Position numbers and translations under genes: made by a program. The notes below the pieces were generated by a model. The model searched no databases. It was not told where the DNA came from and was given only the letters and a program-made list of their open reading frames with translations. From Octopus vulgaris (lineage: Eukaryota): a stretch of DNA of 64,000 bases. Location: positions 100,812,001 to 100,876,000 of the forward strand of contig OX597814.1 in assembly GCA_951406725.2 (NCBI GenBank), given 5' to 3'. How positions within the stretch are numbered: position 1 is the stretch's first letter; each line of letters opens with the position of its first letter. Below are positions 55,206 to 64,000 of the stretch, piece after piece.

Positions 55206-56628
55206 ATATATGGAATTTAAATATATACAACTGTTTCAGTAGGATTTTATTGAGGTATTCATAGATTATATCGTAGCATATCCAGGTAAAATTTTAAACA
55301 AATATAAATAGGTGGGATTGTTGTGCCTAGCCACATCTCTGCACATCAGTAGCACACAAAGAAAGCTAGGAATAGCAGAATTAACCTCATATCACCATCC
55401 TGATGTGCTACAACGGAAACAACAAATTCAATCATATATCTTCAGAGGCAACAAAGTTTGAAAAGAAGACGTAATAATTACTCATTCTTAATAACACGTC
55501 GTTGGTGACCACGATCAAGTGATTATCTGAGATTAAGCAAAAAGAAATCCATCCAGCCATTTTCGCCGCCAATTATTTCTGGAATGGTCATGCATGTAGA
55601 ATCCTCAGTCAACCACTCCCTTGGGGCAAACAATTGTAACTACACTTTCCTGCTGGATTCCCAAGCTTGGCTAAGTGTTAATATCGATATTATATTATCC
55701 AACTCTTAGGCCTATATTCAAGGTCTCCCGCCTGTTGGATCGGTGCAAAGATATTCTTCGATTACTTACTGAGGTATTGAGAATCAAACGTCTAAATTTA
55801 AGTGCACGAAATATTTTGAAATCTCAGCAAGAGGAGGGAATGCAGCAACATAGGGAACCTTTGTATAATCGTTTGATCTGCTAGATATAAAAACCGAATA
55901 CTCCTCAAATAAAACATTAGATGTCTTTAAACTACGCAGGGAATAGTGTGTCATGTGGTCATAGATACATTGTATCTGCAGAAAAGATTGTAAAGTCATT
56001 AATGGAATGCCTTAGATCAAAAATTCACTTCATCACAGATGACTTGAACGAAACAAGTCTAATAGCAGACTTTCTGAAGGGAAAAATGTAGATTGAACCA
56101 TAGTATATATAGATGTATATATAAAAGGGAAAAAATGTGATGGTACAAGGCTCGAAAACTTAAATTACTTATATTGGTTCTATAATGTCTTTTTCCTATC
56201 AGTTTATTTTATTTGCACTTGGAAATGGATACACATTTGATAATATTTTTATCAGTTCAGTAACGTGATATTACGGGAATAAAATTCAAACCAAGTGTAT
56301 CATCATGATAAGAAATCAAATGAAATGAGAGAAACATCTGTAAAAATGTTGTGTTGTAAAACATATAATTGTAAATTGAGAACAAACTGCCAAACGAAAA
56401 TTAACTGCTGCAGCAAAGTTGAAAAGAACTGTAGGGTGCCGGGTTGATTTGCAATATTTACGTTCGTCCCTTTCCAGCATATGTGCTTGTCATCCGTCCT
56501 TAATCGTTAATATCCGTAATATACTGTGTCAAAGAAATCTGTTAAATACTGGTGGTTTAACGCGCACGCAGGCACACATGCATGTATATATGAGACAGAT
56601 AGTTGGTGAACCAAACAGCAGTACTCAA

Positions 56629-56661
<33 letters not shown>

Positions 56662-56839
56662 TTGAGTAGTTGAATGAATTATCTTGTTATGGATAATTCG
56701 GTTAACCGATACCTGGGTAGCAAATTCACATCAGAGAAGACACGTTTGAAGCTTTCGTGTGGAAATTTGTATGTTTTTATTTTTAAATGTAAATATATGA
56801 AAGAATGGAGTTGAACGACGAATTAACAAAATTCCTTTA

Positions 56840-56922
56840 TTTTCGACATATGTTTCGAAGGCTGCATATTCCTAATTGCAAAGGAATAAGGAGTATATTA
56901 TGCCACTTTCTCATCAGGAAAA
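56840..56922 (-). ncRNA. Hammerhead motif (mirror copy)
   Basis: Reverse complement of the left arm gives the same core and stem I (ttttc/gaaaa). Confidence 0.78.
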
Positions 56923-57142
56923 GCAAGGAGCTTATGTCAACATCAAGATACACAAAAAACTTTTAGATGACTGCTCACACGGAGCCCATAGTGAAAATGA
57001 GTGTCTCTTTAAAAAATTCCTTTATAAAAATTCCTTTATAAGGAGTGTCTCTTTAAAGAGACACTCATTTTCACTATGGGCTCCGTGTGAGCAGTCATCT
57101 AAAAGTTTTTTGTGCATCTTGATGTTGACATAAGTTCCTTGC

Positions 57143-57225
57143 TTTTCCTGATGAGAAAGCGGCATAATATACTCCTTATTCCTTCGCAATTAGGAATATG
57201 CAGCCTTCGAAACATATGTCGAAAA
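57143..57225 (+). ncRNA. Minimal type I hammerhead ribozyme motif with extended stem II
   Basis: ttttc CTGATGA gaaagcggcata...tatgcagccttc GAAAC atat GTC gaaaa. Confidence 0.8.
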
Positions 57226-57260
57226 TAAAGGAATTTTGTTAATTCGTCGTTCAACTATTC

Positions 57261-57315
<55 letters not shown>

Positions 57316-57479
57316 TTAAACTTAGCAAACGGATTGCATTTAATAAGTGCTTGAGAGAAATCGCATTATAAGTTATTTTTGTATCTTTTCTGATGATCTT
57401 TACACACAAACGGATGTATATATATAAAGAAAGAAGCCAATACCAACCTGAGAAAAAGAACAACTCGGTATGATAAGAT

Positions 57480-57696
57480 ACGCTCTCGAATTTCTCTCCC
57501 TTTTACCTAGCGGTACAATGAGTACGTGACAACTGTAGCGATCGGGCAGTACTCATTTTCAGGTAAGTAGATTGGAGGAACGTGAACTGAAATGCGTCGC
57601 TCAAGGTCGCGACACGCCGCTTGGGCTAGAATTTAAATCCACAATTATGACTCCGTGTGCTGAATACAATAACCAATAGACCACGCGCCTTCACCA
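57480..57696 (-). mobile_element. Degenerate SINE family C-like copy
   Basis: Reverse complement: ggtgaaggcgcgtggtctattggttattg...cgtgtcgcgaccttgagcgacgcatttcagttcacgttcctccaatctacttacctgaaaatgagta. Confidence 0.6.
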
Positions 57697-57735
57697 TATA
57701 TATATATGGTGAAGGCCTATATATATATATATCAC

Positions 57736-57987
57736 ATCCAAGGATCGAGATGTCGGAAGAAAGTTATCTTCAAGCAATCTGTAGTAAATATAACAACTTT
57801 CAGGGACAATAGTGGTTTATTGAGACGGAAGGTTGTGGATTATTTTCTTATCGAAAATAGGACTGCTAGGACCTTTGAGAAATCCAAGGATCAAGGTGTA
57901 GGAAGAAAGTTAGCTTCAGGCAAACCGTAGTAAATATATATAAAAAAACAACTTTTAGGGACAATAGTAGTTTATTGAGACGGAAGG
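57736..57987 (+). repeat. Diverged direct repeat (57736-57832 and 57882-57987)
   Basis: atccaaggatc.ag.tgt.ggaagaaagtta.cttca...agggacaatagt.gtttattgagacggaagg occurs twice. Confidence 0.85.
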
Positions 57988-57992
57988 ATATC

Positions 57993-58127
57993 TTGATTAA
58001 ATGGAAGCTTACATTGTCGCAAGGAGGTATATGTTACCACACGTAAGAATCAATCAGAATGTGTGATTGAATCTTCCATGTGTTAACATGTACCTCCTTG
58101 CGACAATGTAAACTTCCATTTAATCAA
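57993..58127. repeat. Long imperfect hairpin
   Basis: ttgattaaatggaagcttacattgtcgcaaggaggta / tacctccttgcgacaatgtaaacttccatttaatcaa, continuing inward to aatca/tgatt. Confidence 0.9.
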
Positions 58128-58259
58128 CATATGCTTGGCCTGGACAGTAGCCTGCGGTATACACCTCATTTGGATATTTACCTCTTCCGAAGTCCCGCTC
58201 GCTATGAAACATATATAGCCCGGATCTTATCTACTCCATTCCTTAACTCTTGTGTGTAT

Positions 58260-58328
<69 letters not shown>

Positions 58329-61300
58329 GAGAGAGAGAGAGAGAGAGAGAATCGTGGCCAAAAGTTCGGAAGATAGGTCTGAGAATTAGAATTGAACCAT
58401 TGGATCACTTATTAGGTAAGTATATCTCTATGTTGTATATATTCGAATCGAATTGCACTTGGGCATAACAATTTAATTAAAAAAGATGTTCCAAACTTTT
58501 GGCTACGAACGTATATATATATATATGTGATACACAGATCATATACATATGAAATGAGATCTATATATGAATGACCAATGACATTCAAGATGGTGGGAAG
58601 TCAACGATGTTCAATAACTGAAACCTATACAAGAATAAAATATCTGTACTCACATTATGTTGCTTCTATATTTATTAATGCAAGGATTTCATATAAATTT
58701 TGGCATGCTCAAGTTGTTTACGCTATAACATATTTAAAATAATGTTAATAATTGAACAGTCTGTTGGTCGATTTCTATCTTTCTTCAGGTATAGATAAAT
58801 TGGTTCGATAATCATTTCCTAACGTGTACTGAATGGGAGATCACACTGATGCAATAGATAAAAGTGGTATTTTTTACTTTCAATCCCTGTCTTATTTCTT
58901 TAAAGTTCTAGTGAAAATTATGAAATGGTGCTATCTATTCACAATATGTATTTAGATAATAAGGAGTACCATGGATCCCAGCATTATGGATGTCCTGTCT
59001 TCGTGCTAAGCAGTTTTAAAGTGCACATTTTTTCAGTGAGAGAACGCCACTTCTTGTACACTTAGGGCAATTAGATGTCCTATTGTGTATACACTTAGAT
59101 GTTTTGAGTTACTGTCACTACTAATCATACTGTTTTTTTCCTTAGTGCATGAGAAAAAATCCTGAAATCCTGAGTTCAAAATCACACCGAGTTCGATTTT
59201 ACTACTTATATATTTTTAATGAATGAATTTTGTAATATTTATGAAATGTGACTCAATCGATTTTGTGGCTTTTCGACATTTATGAGACTGAACATGTTAG
59301 AAATTATTTTTATTATCAGTGATAAGGGTAAAGAGCAATATCTAGTATTTTATAATATTTAATCTTTATATATCAGTATGCTCTCAATTAAAGTTTGAGT
59401 GTTATCAGTAATGTAAGGAGTTCTGTTTAATAGACTATACCCTTCTTTAAAATCAAACTGAGCATATACTAGAAATATTTTTCAAACAGTCATCTTCAAA
59501 ACAAGCTACTTATGTGTAAAGTTAGAAGTCGTATCCCAGATAAGCATCCATTCGCCTCTAAAATCAAAGATTTAGTATCTTCTTTACATAGACGCTTTAA
59601 TCATTTACTGTTAGCGTTTCCGGTAAACCAAGGGACATATATCCAAACTAATAAAATATATTGAATTTCCTGCCAACAATTTTTTTTTTTAGTGCAGAGA
59701 TTACATATTTTAAATCTTAATCTCTTTGACGACATACTCGAATGAATTGGACATAAATAAATGTCCCTTTTGCCGATAACATTACCAGTCGTAAATTAAT
59801 CTCAATTCTGCAAGTGAAAGAAATACTCGACAATCCTTCTGTATAGACATAGCTTACAATTAATATGATGCAATATATTACTTTAAGATTTGTAAATTAA
59901 ACTACTGGACTTCCTCGTGCGTATGCCTGCGTAAATGTTTCTGTTAACATTTCACAGACCTGGTGACATGCAACAAACTAGTGATCTTGGCTAGTTATCT
60001 GCGACCGTCAGAAAGGAACCTGGAAATTTGCAGAATGTTAACTCTTGTGAGGATTTACAATCATGTAGGTATCAACAATTGTTTACTATGGGTATAGAAT
60101 AAATTTTACACATGAGAACTCATATGTAGAGAATAAACAGAGGTAAAAAATGTTAACAACACCAGACACGTAGAAGAAAATGGACGCTTTAAAACGCTTC
60201 GATTAAGAAACACACGGCACCATTATACCTCACTCAGCTCTCTGAAGTTACTATCATTTTTATCACTTTCTCTCAATGCCAACGTTTGCGTATAAAAGAT
60301 GGAATTAAATTTATTGGTAGGGATAACTGAACCTTTAATAAAATAAAGTGAAACTGAACCGAGAATCGAATCTTTATTTCAATATATAGGTCCGTAACTC
60401 CCACTCAGTAGTAATTAGTTAAATGGACATAAAATTTGAGATAGTATGTACAGAAGAGGAGAAATGGGATGTTATAATACTCATACCTTCTCGAAAACAC
60501 TGGCAGCATGTTTAAAATAACTCCAACTGGGAATAGGAATTACTTGGCAGAAATGCCTGGCCAACTATTCAATAAATAAAATTTGTTACCAAAACCGTAA
60601 ATTAAAATTGTTGACCAATAATTAATTGCAGTATTTGATTACAATTGAAAACTTTTTAAAGAAATTATCAATTTATTGATTAAAATAGTTTTTGCACTTT
60701 TAATTAATTTGAATAAAAAAAATACAGCGAAAAATTCATTAAATGGTCGAATACATTTTATTTAAAAATAAATAATTTAATTTAATTATTTTAGAAAATT
60801 CTGCAATAAATTGCCAATATAAAAAACGATTTCTGATGATTAGTACTTGTATTTAAGAGACGTAATAAACTGAAAGTCGTAACGTTCACACCTCTCTCCC
60901 TCTCTCAAAGGTCCTAGCAGCCAAGTGAATAAAATTACTTCTAGAAAAAGAATCGATCTCCCGAAGTAAATTTGTGTCACCGAAAGACAACTTACTCTAT
61001 ACTAGTAGCTAAATAATATTTATCGGCAACAGACACAAAGTCATTAAATCTTTTTTAGAGAAATATTATTAAACCAAACGACACGTTACTTAGTGAAACG
61101 AATGATTGGCTTGCAGCTTGTTAAGGGAGTGTTATCGGTAGTAGACTGGCGTCGTATCCAAGAGGGGGGAAAGACACCCCTCATTTATCACCTTCTTGAC
61201 GCTACAGAGCTCCGCTAAAGGAAACAAATGTAAATTGAGTTTTTGTTTTCATATTTTCTTTGTTGCTGTTTTCGACGTTTTTATTCAGTTTTGTCTTTCT

Positions 61301-61592
61301 CAATCATATTAGTGGGATAAATGAAGGTAAACTATTTAATTGGGATAGGAAAACAAATTGCAGTCACAATTCGATCAACAACGTCAACCTCACAGCATAA
61401 AGGGAAACCAAACGAAATTTTCTTTGTCATTGTGTTCAACAAAGAAGAATGAATAAGGATACACATCAGATTAATAAAGCCCTGTAAAAAGAACTGTTGA
61501 ACTTGTTGGTAAAGTGGCGCCTGGAAAATTGCAAGATTTTGGTAACAAGATTCCTTAATTTCCGGCCAGTCGGAATGATAAAAAAAAATACA

Positions 61593-61634
<42 letters not shown>

Positions 61635-62630
61635 CCTTAACACAAAAGAAAAAGTATGTTTTCTGTGTGTTTGTAAGTAAGAGAAAGTGAACGGGCGAGA
61701 AAGATAATTAGCTGGATGGCTGACGCGATGGTTGAAGAGATAACAAGGATTATAGACAGAGAAAAAAACTACAAAAGGTATCACTGAGTTAGAGAGATTA
61801 ATAGTTAGACAGATAGAGATATATATAAAGATAAATGCAGTGTAAAACAGTGATAATGATCAAATGAGAGAATGTGAGAAAAGAAAAGACGTGTCACATT
61901 AAGTGAGAGAAAGCTAAGGAGAAATAGATAAAATAAAGAGGTAGAGAATTTATAAGAGAGAAGCAAATTGAGAGAGAGAGAGAGAAAGAGTGAGTGAGTG
62001 AGTGAGTGAGTGATTGAGTGAGTGAATGAGTGAAAGGTGAAGGGAAGATGGGAGGAGGAGGAGACAAAGGGTAAATAGAGAAGGTTGGTTGAGATGAAAT
62101 GGATAGCTTGGTTGCAGGATAGTTTGAGAAGTGGTGAGTAGAGACGATAGTGGGATGTAAAAATAGTCGATTTAAAGTGAGAGAGAGAGGGAGGAGAGAA
62201 ACGTACAGAAAGAGACAGAGAGAGCAAAGAGTAAAGGACTTAAAGATATACAGACAGAGTAATGGCAAAGAAAATGTGAAGGAAGAGGAAAAAGAGCGGA
62301 AACGATTAAAAGCGGAGAAAGGAAATTATAGTCCCGTAAAAAAAAAAAAAAAATTTAAAAAATAAAAATATAAAACAGAGAGAGAGAAAAAAAAACAGAA
62401 TTAAGATAAACCAAAAGGAGAAAATAACTCAAATTGATGAAGATAAATATACAAAATAAATAAATAAATAAAAAGACATAAATTCGGAAAAAAAAAATTG
62501 TAACAATTCTAGAAGTAATAGCAGCAATCGACAAAGGAATAACAAATAAGAGAATCACCAATCTTGTCATTAACAAGAACAAGAACAAAAGCAACGTAAT
62601 CAACAACAATAATTGAAGAATATATATGCA

Positions 62631-63030
62631 AGGCGCAGGCGTGGCTGTGTGGTAAGAAGCTCGCCTCCCAAACACATGGTTCTGGGTTCCATCCCACTGC
62701 GTGTCACACTGGGCTAATTCCTTCCGCTATAGCTTCGGACTGACCAGGGCCTCGTGAGTGAATTTGGTACACGGAAACTGAAAGAATCCCGTCGTATATA
62801 TAAATATGTGTGTGTGTGTGTGTGTGTGTGTTTGTCTTCCACCACCGCTTGACAACCGGTGTTGGTGTGTTTACGTGCTCGTAACTTAGCGGTTGGCAAA
62901 AGGAAACCGATAGAATTAGTACTAGGCTTTTAAAAGATTTCCTGGGTAGATTTGTTCGACCAAACCCTTTCAAGGCGGTGCCCCAGCATGGCCGCAGTCA
63001 AATGATTGAAACACGTTAAAGATACAAGAT
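62631..63030 (+). mobile_element. SINE family B, full length
   Basis: aggcgcaggcgtggctgtgtggtaagaagc...gtaacttagcggttggcaaaagg...ccagcatggccgcagtcaaatgattgaaac. Confidence 0.88.
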
Positions 63031-63344
63031 AAATATATCTCATAGTATTAATCAACAGTAGCATCATTGATTATACGACTAGTCTTTTGCCACGTATAAT
63101 ATAAACCTCCGCGATTGCCAACCAGATTCCTCGACTACCTCAAAGGAAAATAGATGATGCAATTTGTTTAGTGCCTTATAATTTAAGACACTCACATGGC
63201 ACTAAAAGAGAATGACTCACCCCAGACACAACAGAATACGCTTCAACACACGAACTCACATAAAAAAATCTTGCAAACCAAATCCAAAAGCGACAGCAAT
63301 TTATTTAGATATATTGGAAATAATCGTAGTATTGAAAGAAGGTT

Positions 63345-63680
63345 TGTCTGTGTGGTTAAGAAGATTATTTTCCAACCAACTGGTTTCGGATTCGGCCTCA
63401 CTGCACCTCACTTCAGACAAGTGTTTCTACTATAATCTGGGGTTGACCGATGCCTTGTGCGTGAATTTGGTAGACAGAAGCATTGTGGAAGCCCATAACG
63501 TGTGTGTTTGTGTGAGTGTGTTTGATCCCCACCACAGCTTGAGTGATAGTATATTTACCAACTCCGAAAAGATGAAAGGGATAGCTGTCCTCAGCGGAAT
63601 TTGAACTCACACAACAGAAAACCGAAGAAATGCAAGACATTTCACCCGATGTTCCAACAACTTTAGCAAGCCACCACCTC
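63345..63680. mobile_element. Degenerate SINE B (+, about 63345-63560) abutting degenerate SINE A (-, about 63560-63680)
   Basis: ctgtgtggttaagaag...agtgtttctactata...gaatttggtagac, then cgaaaagatgaaagg...gcggaatttgaactca. Confidence 0.6.
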
Positions 63681-63701
63681 TTCCTTATTGTCGTCCTTCT
63701 C

Positions 63702-63815
<114 letters not shown>

Positions 63816-64000
63816 TTCTGCTTCTACTTCTTGTCCTCTTCTTCATTCCTTACATCAGAAAGCAGTAACGCTATAAATTATCTCCAACGAACCTGTACTT
63901 GGTACAACGTAACGTACTGAAAGAAAGAAAAAAACCAAGAAAGAAAGAGAAAAGGAAAGAGAGTGGGGAACAGAGAGAGGCAGAGAGAGAATGGAGAATC

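Larger units (their letters stand above)
56665..57270. mobile_element. Second member of the same PLE-like family: inverted arms 56793-57013 and 57052-57270 plus tail 56665-56792, (TA)n on both sides
   Basis: Tail shares gaatgaattatc...ccgatacc.gggtagcaaattcac.tcaga with 54355-54430; the arms are near-identical reverse complements. Confidence 0.85.

Noticed and set aside
61330-61590. Complex non-repetitive islands that could be enhancers or exons (also about 10190-10330 and 33180-33420)
   Set aside because: Cannot be supported without conservation or expression data.

Overview
AT-rich, microsatellite-dense eukaryotic DNA with no intact protein-coding gene I can support. Almost all ORFs in the supplied track are translations of (TA)n, (CA)n, (TATG)n and (ATT)n tracts. 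The SINE families resemble those I recall from octopus/cephalopod genomes, but that assignment is an inference. The window contains: (1) about 30 copies of three to four tRNA-derived SINE families; (2) two decayed mariner transposases and a mariner MITE; (3) hAT MITEs, one nested in a Merlin-like element whose empty site is also in the window; (4) CR1-like and Tx1/L1-like LINE 3' fragments; (5) a Penelope-like (PLE) GIY-YIG endonuclease remnant. The main signal is a recurring architecture of long inverted duplications (76-390 bp arms) anchored on microsatellites. Several carry minimal type I hammerhead ribozyme motifs (stem I-CTGANGA-stem II-GAAAC-NUH-stem I') on both arms. One of these is a tRNA-headed, hammerhead-tailed SINE-like element present as an inverted pair (15496-16115). 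Other inversions copy neighbouring host and SINE DNA, suggesting a PLE-type, microsatellite-primed fold-back mechanism. Coordinates were read by eye and may be off by a few bases. No folding, alignment or database search was run.
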